This document shows positions 48,341 to 58,619 of a DNA stretch of 64,000 nt, piece by piece (within the stretch, counting starts at the first letter, position 1; every line of letters starts with the position of its first letter). This stretch comes from an uncultured candidate division Zixibacteria bacterium (GTDB lineage: Bacteria > Zixibacteria > MSB-5A5 > RBG-16-43-9). The stretch lies in the NCBI GenBank assembly GCA_963713865.1, contig OY970208.1:2016001-2080000 (forward strand). The letters run 5' to 3'. The position numbers and the translations under genes were made by a program. Under the pieces are notes generated by a model, which searched no databases, was not told the DNA's origin, and saw only the letters and a program-made list of their open reading frames with translations.

Positions 48341-49756
48341 TTATCCCTTATTTCCCAGAGAGCAAAGATACTCGTGGATCGATCTGGCAGCTTTTCGTCC
48401 GGCTCCCATAGCCAGAATAACAGTTGCCGCACCGGTAACCACATCTCCTCCAGCCCAAACCCTTTCCATAGAGGTCTTACCAGTCTGTTCATCCGCAACG
48501 ATATTCCCGTTTTTCCCTACTTCTAACCCGGGTGTAGCCGCTGGAATAAGCGGGTTCGGGCTGTTACCGATGGCACATACCACCGCATCCACCGGTAAAA
48601 TTGTTTCTGAGCCTTCGATCGGAATTGGTTTTCTCCTGCCAGAGGAATCAGGCTCGCCTAACTCCATCTTGAGGTATTCAATTTCCTTGACCCACCCGTT
48701 TTCATCTCCAGTATATCGAATGGGGAGAGTCAAAAACTCGAAAATAATCCCTTCCTCCTCTGCATTTTCTATCTCCTCTAAACGAGCTGGAAGTTCCTGT
48801 CTGGATCTCCTGTAAATAATCCTGGTCTCTGCACCTAATCTCAGGGCAGTTCTGGCACAATCCATAGCCACGTTTCCCCCGCCGATAACTGCAACTCTTT
48901 TATGATTCTTTATGGGAGTATGAAACTCCGGGAAGAGAAAACCTTTCATCAGGTTCATCCTGGTCAGATATTCATTGGCTGAATAAACGCCATTCAGGTT
49001 TTCGCCAGGTATGTTCATAAACCAGGGAAGCCCCGCCCCGGAACCGACAAATACAGCATCAAATTCCTGCAGAAGATTATCCACGGTTCTGGTTTTTCCC
49101 ACCACAAAATCGGTTAATATTTTCACCCCTAATTTCCTGAGGTATTCAACTTCTCTGTTTACGATAGCCTTAGGAAGCCTGAATTCCGGGATACCATAAA
49201 TCAGGACCCCTCCCATCTTATGCAGAGCTTCAAAAATAGTAACCTGATGCCCTAATTTTATCAGGTCTCCAGCTACAGTTAGCCCTGCCGGCCCCCCACC
49301 CACAATTGCCACCTTTCTTCCAGTAGCTGGTGGAATTTCAGGTATCTCCAGCTTATCTTGCTCCGCTTCCCAGTCTGCCAGGAACCGCTCTAAACGACCA
49401 ATTGCGATCTGCCCTCCTTTTTTCTGGAGAATACAGGTCTCCTCGCACTGTTCCTCCTGTGGACAGACCCGACCGCAGACCGCTGGCAGTAAATTTTTTT
49501 CTTTTAATACCCTTATTCCTGCAGATAAATCTTTTTCAGCTATTCGTTTGATAAAGCCGGGAATGTTTATCTCCACCGGACACTTAATAACGCATTTTGG
49601 ATTTTTGCACTGCAGACATCTCTGGGCTTCCTCAACTGCAGTTTCAAACGGATACCCCAAAGCCACCTCGTTGAAATTATGCCTTCTTACTTCAGGCATC
49701 TGTTTGGGCATTTCCCTTCTTTTCAAATCCAGCTTTTTTTTCTGCGGCTCAGACAT
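48341..49756 (-). CDS. nfnB: NfnB/SudA (GltD-like) flavoprotein, large subunit of NADH-dependent ferredoxin:NADP+ oxidoreductase
   Basis: RCLQCKNPKC..CP, CGRVCPQE.QCE, GGGPAG, GGGNVAMD, GDVVTGAATVILAM; adjacent to nfnA. Confidence 0.9.
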   Translation of the reverse strand: MSEPQKKKLDLKRREMPKQMPEVRRHNFNEVALGYPFETAVEEAQRCLQCKNPKCVIKCPVEINIPGFIKRIAEKDLSAGIRVLKEKNLLPAVCGRVCPQEEQCEETCILQKKGGQIAIGRLERFLADWEAEQDKLEIPEIPPATGRKVAIVGGGPAGLTVAGDLIKLGHQVTIFEALHKMGGVLIYGIPEFRLPKAIVNREVEYLRKLGVKILTDFVVGKTRTVDNLLQEFDAVFVGSGAGLPWFMNIPGENLNGVYSANEYLTRMNLMKGFLFPEFHTPIKNHKRVAVIGGGNVAMDCARTALRLGAETRIIYRRSRQELPARLEEIENAEEEGIIFEFLTLPIRYTGDENGWVKEIEYLKMELGEPDSSGRRKPIPIEGSETILPVDAVVCAIGNSPNPLIPAATPGLEVGKNGNIVADEQTGKTSMERVWAGGDVVTGAATVILAMGAGRKAARSIHEYLCSLGNKG

Positions 49757-49767
49757 AAAATAATTCC

Positions 49768-50610
49768 CTATGATCTTTCAGCATGCTCTTCACACCTGCT
49801 GGTCCTGAGAGGAATAACCTCCTCTTTCAAGTATGTTTTGCGGCGCTGTAAAAGCTCAGCCCAGTTAACCTGATGACCGTCGAAATCCGGACCATCCACG
49901 CAGGCAAACTTTGTGCTGGTTCCTATAGTTACACGACATACACCGCACATCCCGGTGCCATCGATCATAATTGGATTCAGGCTTACGATAGTTTTTATGT
50001 TCAAGGGTCTGCTTATATCCGATCCTCTTTTCATAAGAAAGGTGCAGCCATTGATAATGATTCGACTGATTGGCTCTTCAGAGGATTGAATGATTTCAGG
50101 AAGCCGATTTATATGTCCCCGGTATCCCTTTGTTCCATCCCTGGTGATCTGGAAGAACTTATCAGAGACTTCTTTAAGCCTGTCCTCCCAGTAAAAAAGA
50201 TATGAGCTTCTGGCTTCTATAATTGTGATTACCTTATTATTTTTCTGTTTAAGTGCTCTAACAACCGGGAAAATACTCCCGATCCCGTAACATCCGCCAA
50301 TACAGAGAACCGTGCCAAAATTTTCGATTTCCGTGGGATTCCCCAGTGGTCCCACCACAGTTGGAATGCTGGTTCCGCCTTTAACTGAAGCCAGCCTTCC
50401 TGTAGTATTACCAACATTCATCAAAATAACCGTAACTGTCCCTTCTTTTTCGTCCCAATCAGAAACGGATAATGGTATCCTTTCCCCATCTTCGTCTGCT
50501 CGTAAAATAACGAATTGTCCTGGTTTCACCTGCTGGGCAACTGCCGGTGCTTCCAGGGTCAAAAGATGAATATTAGGCACGATCATCTGGTTTTTTATCA
50601 GTTTAAACAT
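49768..50610 (-). CDS. nfnA: NfnA/SudB (PyrK-like) FAD/[2Fe-2S] subunit
   Basis: PGQFVI, GERIPL, GPLG, MIDGTGMCGVCR, CVDGPDF. Confidence 0.9.
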   Translation of the reverse strand: MFKLIKNQMIVPNIHLLTLEAPAVAQQVKPGQFVILRADEDGERIPLSVSDWDEKEGTVTVILMNVGNTTGRLASVKGGTSIPTVVGPLGNPTEIENFGTVLCIGGCYGIGSIFPVVRALKQKNNKVITIIEARSSYLFYWEDRLKEVSDKFFQITRDGTKGYRGHINRLPEIIQSSEEPISRIIINGCTFLMKRGSDISRPLNIKTIVSLNPIMIDGTGMCGVCRVTIGTSTKFACVDGPDFDGHQVNWAELLQRRKTYLKEEVIPLRTSRCEEHAERS

Positions 50611-53134
50611 CTTTTTCCCTTATTCTTACTGGATGGGGGTTAGGTCCAACCGCTTCACCTTGACTTAAGGTAACGTGAAGTGTTCCCTGAGATTGATCAT
50701 CTGAAATTTTAGCAATCCAGACCTTCTCAAACTGAGCTGAGGAAACGACAACTTCATCCCCCTGGAATATCCCGGCTTTCTTAGCATCCTCCGGATTTAA
50801 CACTATTATCCCATCATCGAATAACTTCCTTGTGCCTTTAACCCAGGTGGTAAGAGAAAAACCACGATAAGAATGTTCAGAAAGAGAAGTGTTAAGGATA
50901 AAGGGGAATCCTTTATTTGCTCTTTTAGTCTCTTTTGGCTTCGTTTGCGGAATGGTCAACTCCCCTTCGCATATCAGAGAACCAGCTTGGCGTTCGACAT
51001 TATCAAAATCTCCAAATCCCTTTACGATGGAGGAGATCTCTTTATGAATCTCTCGAGGATTGGAGAAATCAAACCCTTCTTTCCCCATTTTTTTAGCGAT
51101 AAGGCAGAGTATCTTCCAGTCAGGTAAAGCTTGACCGGGAGGGTTAACCCCTTTTCTTACCCTTTGAATTCGTCCCTCACCATTGACGAATGTTCCGTCT
51201 ATTTCTGTAAAAGCGGCTGAAGGAAGGACAAGATCAGCTTTGTATAAGGGATCCGGTGGATAAATGTTTTGAAAAATCACGAAATCGGATGGGAGTAGGA
51301 AGTTTGAGGGAGCCTCTCCTATGAGGTAAAGCACCTTCATTTTAGTTTTAGATGAAAGTGCTGCTGCATTCCACGAAGGAGAGAAATCGGGAAGGTTTGC
51401 ATTCCACACTTTTCTAAGACTGTCTAACCTCTTTTTATCAGTGGAAGAAAACCCGCCGGGAAGAATTTCAGGATAAGCACCCATGAGAATGGAACCGACC
51501 AGATTGTTCTGGGCTGGCAAGGGGAGAATCCCGGCGCCAACATTTCGTGCTAACTTCTCTATATTCTCAAAAATCTGATGACTTTTGTCGTATTGCAGAA
51601 AATCTGAACCTACAAGGATTACAGGAGCAGAGGCTTCCATAAGCATTTTCGCTGCTCTAACAAGTTCATCCTTGAGATTTCCGCTCTTCCCTTTTGAGCC
51701 TTGCGGTGATGTCCGGGTTCCTTTTTCCTCAGTCAAACTTACTAATGAACCAAGAAGATCAGCTTCCATCCCGGGAACTGGTCTAAGCCACTTCTCAGCG
51801 ATCAGGGCGAGATTATGTTCTCCGGGATTGATAGAAATTATTTTTGCACCCCTTTTTATCGCCTTTCTAAGCTCAACTCCGACAACTGATCTTCCGAACC
51901 TGGTATCCAGCCCCACACAAAGGATGACTGAGGCATTTTTTAATTTCGAAAGTGGAACACTCATTTTCAAAAGGTTCAGGTAAGCATTGAAACCAGTTCC
52001 ATAGAACACTCTTGCAGAAGTATCGATATTGGACGAGCCCATAACAACTCTGGTAAATTTCTGGGCAATGTATAGATCTTCATTAGAGCAATTGGGTGAA
52101 ACCAGCATAGCATACTGTTCTGGTGAGCAAGTTGAAAGTTTATCAACCATTAATTCGAGAGCTTCTTCCCAGGATAATTCTACTCTGGTTTTATCCTGAA
52201 TTTTATATGGTTTTTTCAAACGCTGGTGATTATTTACCAGCTCGGTAATACAGAATCTCCCTTTAACGCATGAATGTCCTTTATTCACCAGATTATCTTC
52301 TGCCGGAAGAGTGCCAATGATTTCATTTTCTTTTATCAGTAAACGTATCTGACACCCTACTCCACACAAAGGACAGGTTGTGATTTCTTCACGCTCGGCT
52401 TTACCCTCCCATTTACTCACTTTTTCCGAAAGAGCACCAGTCGGGCAAACGGATACGCAAGCTCCGCAGAATTCACAGCCTGCCTCTAAATGAGTGCGGT
52501 CATAAGCCGGTCCAATAACCGTATGCCGTCCCCTCTGTTTAAAAGTTAAAGTGTTAGCGTTACGAATTTCCTGACACATCCGGATACATCTTCCGCATAG
52601 AATGCACAGGTTATAATCCCGGTCGTAGAAAGGGTCATCTTTTTCTACCCTGAGGTTACGATAATAGATAGGATAGTTAATCTCATTCACTCCCAATTTC
52701 TCCACTACCTCCTGCAGTTCACACTGTTTATCATTCGGACAATACCGGCACCCCGTGGTTACTCCCGCTTTGCGGATCGTTCCCATAAAGTTTTTGCATT
52801 CCTCTTTTTCTTCGCAGATCAAACAGCTCGAAGTATGCTCGCTTAAAATCAACTGTAAAATCTCCATTCTCACTGACTGGACTTGAGCAGTATGAGTTCT
52901 TATTACCATCTCCTGTTCAACTGGAGTTGTGCAGGCTGTGGGGAAGCCACGCATCCCCTCAACTTCCACTATGCACATACGACAGCCCCCGAAGGGAGTC
53001 AAGTCCCTGTGAGCGCAGAGGGTAGGAATGTAGATATTATTCTGCTCAGCCGCTTGAAGGATGGTCAACCCTCTGTCTACCTCAAACATTTGGTTATCTA
53101 TATTAATGGTAACTTTCTCGTTTCGTTTACTCAT
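50603..53134 (-). CDS. NuoG/formate dehydrogenase alpha-like Fe-S protein lacking the Mo/W-ligating Cys/Sec
   Basis: N-terminal 2Fe-2S, His/Cys cluster, 2x[4Fe-4S], CPLCGVGC; NIDTSARVFY where FDH has N.DxCAR.[C/U]H. Confidence 0.85.
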   Translation of the reverse strand: MSKRNEKVTINIDNQMFEVDRGLTILQAAEQNNIYIPTLCAHRDLTPFGGCRMCIVEVEGMRGFPTACTTPVEQEMVIRTHTAQVQSVRMEILQLILSEHTSSCLICEEKEECKNFMGTIRKAGVTTGCRYCPNDKQCELQEVVEKLGVNEINYPIYYRNLRVEKDDPFYDRDYNLCILCGRCIRMCQEIRNANTLTFKQRGRHTVIGPAYDRTHLEAGCEFCGACVSVCPTGALSEKVSKWEGKAEREEITTCPLCGVGCQIRLLIKENEIIGTLPAEDNLVNKGHSCVKGRFCITELVNNHQRLKKPYKIQDKTRVELSWEEALELMVDKLSTCSPEQYAMLVSPNCSNEDLYIAQKFTRVVMGSSNIDTSARVFYGTGFNAYLNLLKMSVPLSKLKNASVILCVGLDTRFGRSVVGVELRKAIKRGAKIISINPGEHNLALIAEKWLRPVPGMEADLLGSLVSLTEEKGTRTSPQGSKGKSGNLKDELVRAAKMLMEASAPVILVGSDFLQYDKSHQIFENIEKLARNVGAGILPLPAQNNLVGSILMGAYPEILPGGFSSTDKKRLDSLRKVWNANLPDFSPSWNAAALSSKTKMKVLYLIGEAPSNFLLPSDFVIFQNIYPPDPLYKADLVLPSAAFTEIDGTFVNGEGRIQRVRKGVNPPGQALPDWKILCLIAKKMGKEGFDFSNPREIHKEISSIVKGFGDFDNVERQAGSLICEGELTIPQTKPKETKRANKGFPFILNTSLSEHSYRGFSLTTWVKGTRKLFDDGIIVLNPEDAKKAGIFQGDEVVVSSAQFEKVWIAKISDDQSQGTLHVTLSQGEAVGPNPHPVRIREKDV

Positions 53135-55025
53135 CCGCACTTCTCCCCTTGGACCTGATGATGATAGCATCGCCGGCTATAGCGTCAAAACGACAGATCT
53201 CATAACATGCTCTGCACTTTATACATTTGGATGGATCAAGGTTATGTGGCTCTGCCCTGGGTCCGGTAATGGCACCCGTGGGACATACGCTGACACAGCG
53301 TTGACATCCAGTACATTTACCCGGGATAACCCGGTATTCGATAAGCTCTCTGCAAACCGTAGCCGGACAGTACTTTTCCTTTATATGCTGGAGATATTCT
53401 GGTCTGAAATAACGGAGCGTAGTCATAACCGGATTCGGGGCAGTCTGTCCCAAGCCGCAGAGCGAGCCTTTTTTAACCGTTTCCCCCAGAGTCTGAAGTT
53501 TTAAAAGGTCATCTGTTTGCCCTTCCCCTTTGGTAATCCTTTCAAGGATTTCCACCATATGCCTGGATCCAACGCGACAGGGAGAACATTTGCCACAGGA
53601 TTCCTTCTGTGTAAAATCCAGAAAATAGCGGGCAATATCCACCACGCAGGTATCTTCATCCATCACGATCAGACCTCCAGAACCCATTATCGAGCCAGCC
53701 TCGGTCAGCGATTCATAATCCACTGTCGTGTCTAAAAATTCCTCTGAGAGACAACCGCCTGAAGGTCCGCCGGTTTGGACTGCTTTGAAAGGCTTCCTTG
53801 AACCGCCCCCTATATCAAAAATTATTTTTCTGAGTGTCATTCCCAATGGAACTTCGATCAAACCTGAGCGGCGGATCTTTCCGACCAGAGAAAATGTTTT
53901 CGTGCCGTAATTCCCCTGGGTGCCGTATTGCCTGTACCAGGAAGCACCGTTTCTCAAAATGTTGGGGAGAGTCCCGAGTGTCTCCACATTATTAATGATG
54001 GTGGGCATGCGAGTGAAGACCCGCGACTGCCGGGAAAGGAGGCCGTGGTCCGTGGCATGCCTCTTTTCCCTTCTATGGAAGCAATCAGAGCAGTCTCCTC
54101 ACCGCAGACAAAAGCCCCGGCCCCTTCTTTAATGGTGATGTCGAAATCAAACCCCGACATTCTGGATGTTCTTTCCCAGAAAGCCATATTCTCTCATCTG
54201 GGTTATGGCTTTCTTCAAGCGGGCAATGGCTAAAGGATATTCTGCCCTTATGTAGATATATCCCCGGGAAGCACCAATGGCATAAGCTGCGATAAGCATC
54301 CCTTCAAGGACTGAATGTGGATCCCCCTCTATCAGGGACCGGTTCATAAACGCTCCCGGATCTCCTTCGTCTGCATTGCAGATCATATACTTTGTTTTAG
54401 CGGAAGATTTTTTACAAATCTCCCATTTCTTATAAGTGGGAAACCCTGCTCCACCCCTCCCCCGCAATCCGGATTCTTTTACCTCTTCGATTACCTTGTC
54501 AGGTCCCTTGGTGAACGCATTCATAATCCCCAGGTATCCCTGGTTAGCTAAGTAATGGTCGATCTCCTCCGGGTCTATGAATCCGCAATTTCTGAGCACG
54601 ACTCTCACTTGAGGCTTAAGCATGGGAAGATCGAAAAAACCTGGAATCCCGTTTGTAAATTTACAGTTTTCATCTCCGAAATGCCCCACTGCCAGCTGTG
54701 CCTGAGGATCACCTTGGATTAAATAGGACCCGATTATCTTTTGAGCTTTTTCCGGATTGACATTAGCGTAACTTATCCGTGGACGATCTGGTAACTTTAT
54801 ATCCATAAGTGGTTCCAGATAACAGGGTCCAATACATCCCACCTGGACAATTTTTGCTTTCAACCGGTTTTCTTTCAGTGTCTTCTGAACCGAGCCCAGC
54901 ACTTCCATAGCCCCTGCCGCCCTGCCGCAGGAGGCGGTACCCAGATAAATAACCGGTATTTTACTGGATTCGAGCAAATTCCATTTCTTCTGGGCTTCTT
55001 TTCTTTTTATGTCGAAGCTATTCAT
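53127..55025 (-). CDS. nuoF: HydB/NuoF-type NADH-binding flavoprotein with N-terminal thioredoxin-like 2Fe-2S and C-terminal 2x[4Fe-4S]; three single-base insertions at ~54158, ~54049 and ~54010
   Basis: [48 protein letters not shown] are spread over ORFs 54147..55025, 53954..54187 and 53127..54008. Confidence 0.85.
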
Positions 55026-55470
55026 ATCTATCTAAAATCCCTTTTAAACGAATCACGGTCATCCGGCTGTGGATATCATCGTTAATCTGAACCACCGGTG
55101 CCAGAGCACAGCAACCTAAACAAGCCACTCGTTGAAGATCGAACTTCCTATCTTTAGTTGTTTGTCCGGTAGAAATCTCCAGTTCTCTTTCCAATGCCTC
55201 GCAGAGAACCTGCCCTCCACGCACATGGCAGGCAGTTCCCAGGCAGACTTTGATGGAGTTTCTGCCCGGCGGATTAAACCGAAATTGGGAATAAAAAGAA
55301 GCCACCCCGAAGATCTGGTTTTCGGAGATTTTCAAAAACCGGGAAATGGATTTAACAGCTTCCTTCGAGATGTAACCAAACTTTTCTTGAATCTTCTGGA
55401 GAAGCGGAATCAAATCCCCCTCTTCACCCTGGAACCCTGATAATATTTCGGTATAATCTTTATCTGACAC
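55018..55470 (-). CDS. nuoE: HydC/NuoE-type [2Fe-2S] subunit
   Basis: GVASFYSQF, VCLGTACH, CLGCCALAP. Confidence 0.92.
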   Translation of the reverse strand: MSDKDYTEILSGFQGEEGDLIPLLQKIQEKFGYISKEAVKSISRFLKISENQIFGVASFYSQFRFNPPGRNSIKVCLGTACHVRGGQVLCEALERELEISTGQTTKDRKFDLQRVACLGCCALAPVVQINDDIHSRMTVIRLKGILDRYE

Positions 55471-55500
55471 AGAATGATCTCCAGCTCATATTCGAATTTA

Positions 55501-56787
55501 TTATCCTCCCTTTTCCCCTTTTTGTGCCAGGAAGACGCAATCGGTAAGATTCACCTCTCCTCTTACGTAATCCTCGGCAAAAGCCATACAGGTAGGTGCT
55601 CCGCAGTAGCCGCAGTCTATCTGGCGAAGTTTCTTATATACCCTTTCCTTCTCTTTCATTCTCTTGATGGATGTTTCCAGATCAGTGTCGAAGTATTTAG
55701 TAGGACGGGGTAAAATAGGATTTTCGATGAAATAATATCCCCGCTTCAAATTCTCTTCTATCCTCTCATCCTCTATCTCTATGCGATTTTCATATTTCAC
55801 CCTTTGCTTGATGCTGTTAGTCCGGGCGACATACGGGCTTTCCACGTTAAATTTTCCGCCTATGCACCCTAACATACAGGCAAGAGCTTCTACGAAATCG
55901 ATGTTGCGGAGTTTTGAATTCTCAATATCGTCTAAGATCTTCATCACGTGATCCAGTCCAGAGACAGCCAGCCAGTTCTCCATCTCCACTGTCCGGGTCA
56001 TACCACCAAGTATAGCCCAGCCTGCATTAAAAGAGAAATCTGTTGGCACATCTTTTTCATTAAATTTCTCCTTTATCGCTACAATATGAGGCAGCAATAC
56101 GGAATAGACATCCCGGATCGAAAAAACTCCATCAAACCAGGACTTTGCCTTTTCAGCCGGCTGTTTGATTGAAACGATCTTTGCCGGACAGGGTGATATA
56201 TAGATTATCCCAATCTCTTCCGATTTCAATCCTAACTTATCCGGGAAACTCATCCTGATCTCCTTGGCAGTTACCTCCCTGGGCACATCCAGTGGCACCA
56301 CCAGTTCCACCAGATCAGGATATTTGACCTGGATCAACCTTAGCATAGAAGGACAGTGTGAGGATATTAGAGGGCGCCTCCCCTGATATTTCTTCATATA
56401 TTTAACCAATGCCCTGCCCAGAGCTACCGAAGAGGTCCCGACATCCACAATTTCATCGAAACCGAGTTTTTTAAGTGCCAGATGAACGATATAAGGATGA
56501 ATGTTCGATTCGAATTGGGAATAGAGCACCGGGGAAGGCACTATCACTTTATATTTGAAATAGGATAGCTCAGCCACCAGGTCAGTGATTGGGACGATTG
56601 CTCCGGAGGGGCATACGGATATGCAAGTGCCACAATCGACGCAGAGCTCTTCAGATACGACAGCCTTGCCACCTCTAACCCGAATGGCCTGGGTAGGACA
56701 GTGACGCATACAGGTCATGTGTCCGCGACACTTGTCCATATCTACTTTGTGAGCATGATAATATTGTGCCAACTGATGTTCCCTCAC
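55501..56787 (-). CDS. Atypical [FeFe]-hydrogenase-like protein (group C/D type) with N-terminal 2x[4Fe-4S] and C-terminal FeS domain
   Basis: P1 SSHCP, P2 SPCPAK, P3 EALACMLGCIGG; C-terminal DCGYCGAPTC. Confidence 0.82.
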   Translation of the reverse strand: MREHQLAQYYHAHKVDMDKCRGHMTCMRHCPTQAIRVRGGKAVVSEELCVDCGTCISVCPSGAIVPITDLVAELSYFKYKVIVPSPVLYSQFESNIHPYIVHLALKKLGFDEIVDVGTSSVALGRALVKYMKKYQGRRPLISSHCPSMLRLIQVKYPDLVELVVPLDVPREVTAKEIRMSFPDKLGLKSEEIGIIYISPCPAKIVSIKQPAEKAKSWFDGVFSIRDVYSVLLPHIVAIKEKFNEKDVPTDFSFNAGWAILGGMTRTVEMENWLAVSGLDHVMKILDDIENSKLRNIDFVEALACMLGCIGGKFNVESPYVARTNSIKQRVKYENRIEIEDERIEENLKRGYYFIENPILPRPTKYFDTDLETSIKRMKEKERVYKKLRQIDCGYCGAPTCMAFAEDYVRGEVNLTDCVFLAQKGEKGG

Positions 56788-56803
56788 CGTCTAAAACCAG
56801 CCT

Positions 56804-57601
56804 TCAGATGAAAAACTTTATCTGCAGTATAGTCCCTTTTCCAACCACGCTTTTGATCTGTAGCTCATCCGAGTTTTTCTTTATGTTTGGCAGTCCCATG
56901 CCGGAGCCAAAACCCATAGCTCTCATTTCTTCAGTGGCAGTAGTATACCCTTCCTGCATAGCCAATTCCACGTCCGGGATACCCTTCCCTTCATCTTCAA
57001 TCACCACTTCAATCAGCCGGGGAGTAATTGAGAGATTAACTTTAGCCTTTCTGGCGTGCATAACCACATTCATCTCCCCCTCGTAAGTAGAGATAGCAAC
57101 TCTTCGCACAAGCTTTGGATCCAATCCTATTTTTTTCAGGATAGATTTAACCTCAGTAGAAACCAATCCCGCATTCGCAAAATCGTTTCCCTGAATGATA
57201 AATTCATGGCTCAGCAGCATCTCTTCAGTCTTTTGTCCAGCCGGGATTATTTTAGATCCCTGGCGTTTTCCTTTCTTGATTGCATCTATCCTGACGCAAG
57301 CATCGTACATATCCAGCTCGGTGGAGAGTAAGACCAGAAGGTTATCTCTAGCAAACTTTTCCGCTCCATCCTTAGGTTTTTTACCCCGGATGAATACTAC
57401 CCCCTTAAACTCTGCCATGTGAGCGGATATCACCGCCTGCTGGGTTGCCAGACCGGTAAGCAGGATGGAATTGGGTCTGCCAAATGCTAAAACGTCACTC
57501 ATCAGGTCAGAAGCATATATATGCTCAACTCCGGTATCGAGTTTATCCTCTCCCTCGATTACCGAAGCCTCCAGAACATCTTTTATCATCTTTATCTCCA
57601 C
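56804..57601 (-). CDS. DRTGG domain fused to RsbT/RsbW-like (HATPase) Ser/Thr kinase
   Basis: ASDLMSDVLAF DRTGG N-terminus; YEGEMNVVMHA, DEGKGI, GFGSGMGLPN. Confidence 0.85.
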   Translation of the reverse strand: MEIKMIKDVLEASVIEGEDKLDTGVEHIYASDLMSDVLAFGRPNSILLTGLATQQAVISAHMAEFKGVVFIRGKKPKDGAEKFARDNLLVLLSTELDMYDACVRIDAIKKGKRQGSKIIPAGQKTEEMLLSHEFIIQGNDFANAGLVSTEVKSILKKIGLDPKLVRRVAISTYEGEMNVVMHARKAKVNLSITPRLIEVVIEDEGKGIPDVELAMQEGYTTATEEMRAMGFGSGMGLPNIKKNSDELQIKSVVGKGTILQIKFFI

Positions 57602-57685
57602 AGTGGTTGCCTTATTTCATACCTCTATGCCTGTTAACAAACGGCTTTAAACGCTCTGATCAAGATATGGATTAATCTGAGCTGA

Positions 57686-58021
57686 TTATTTTGTACCCAG
57701 GCCCATACCATAAAGCTTTCCCACCAGTTCGAATGTAGAGAGTTCAGTGGACAGGATGGCGATATTATATCTGCTGGCAAGATCGATCGTCTCCTGCGGA
57801 ACCACCTTTCCGCTGGTGATTATGATTGCGGAAACATCCACCAGATTGGCGGCGGGCACGACACTCTTATGGGTCTGAACTGTCAGCCAGAGGTTCCCGG
57901 ATTTAGCGCTGGCCATAACGTCGCTTAACATGTCTGAAACGAATACCCCCTCCACTTTCCGGTGCTCGAATTTACTTAACGGTTTAAGCCCGATCTTTTC
58001 AATTAAATCTTGAGTGGTCAT
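57686..58021 (-). CDS. DRTGG domain protein (likely start 58021)
   Basis: SDMLSDVM, WLTVQTH; SD AGGAG. Confidence 0.85.
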   Translation of the reverse strand: MTTQDLIEKIGLKPLSKFEHRKVEGVFVSDMLSDVMASAKSGNLWLTVQTHKSVVPAANLVDVSAIIITSGKVVPQETIDLASRYNIAILSTELSTFELVGKLYGMGLGTK

Positions 58022-58061
58022 GAAAGCTCTCCTGCTTATTGGGAATGAATTTAAGTTAAAA

Positions 58062-58619
58062 TCAAAATAGAGGTTTCCTCTCCTCTGGTGGTTCCAGCGA
58101 AAGCATACCCACATCGTGAACAAAATCTCCTTTACAGCGAGAAAGATCTTCGATCAGGTTAAATGGAACGATTTTAATTCTCGAGCGGTTTATGTCCCTC
58201 CCCTGGTTAAAATAATCGGTGAGTATATCCAGTTTATATTCGGGTATCGGTTTTTCCTTTGCCTTCGGAAGAAAACCGAATGCTACCATAACCCAGGTTC
58301 TCTCTGCTTCATATTTCTTCCTTAGAATCTCCACCCCGCAATCCGGTAAACAGCCGGTGCAATGCAAAAGCCCCATAAGGTCATTGTATTTTTCTAGGTG
58401 GTTGCACTTGGTACACTGCAGGTCAAATCTGAATGACTGGGCGTTTTCCACCCTGCTCCAGTAACAGTCCCCCTCGCGATATTTGTCACCCAGAATAGGA
58501 ATATCTTCCACGGAAAAATAAGTCCTCAGTCCACTGCAATGAAAACATTTCTCGAAAACTACAAAACCAAACTGGATATTCGTCATTTTCCACTGGTGCT
58601 GGCATTCAGGCATTTTCAT
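58062..58619 (-). CDS. Cys-rich hypothetical protein (putative metal binding), first gene of the redox operon
   Basis: CQHQW, CFHC, CTKC, CTGCLPDC motifs; SD AGGGAG. Confidence 0.7.
   Translation of the reverse strand: MKMPECQHQWKMTNIQFGFVVFEKCFHCSGLRTYFSVEDIPILGDKYREGDCYWSRVENAQSFRFDLQCTKCNHLEKYNDLMGLLHCTGCLPDCGVEILRKKYEAERTWVMVAFGFLPKAKEKPIPEYKLDILTDYFNQGRDINRSRIKIVPFNLIEDLSRCKGDFVHDVGMLSLEPPEERKPLF

Noticed and set aside
54147-54149. Selenocysteine readthrough of the TGA in nuoF
   Set aside because: The conserved sequence continues in a different frame, so this is an indel rather than a recoded stop.
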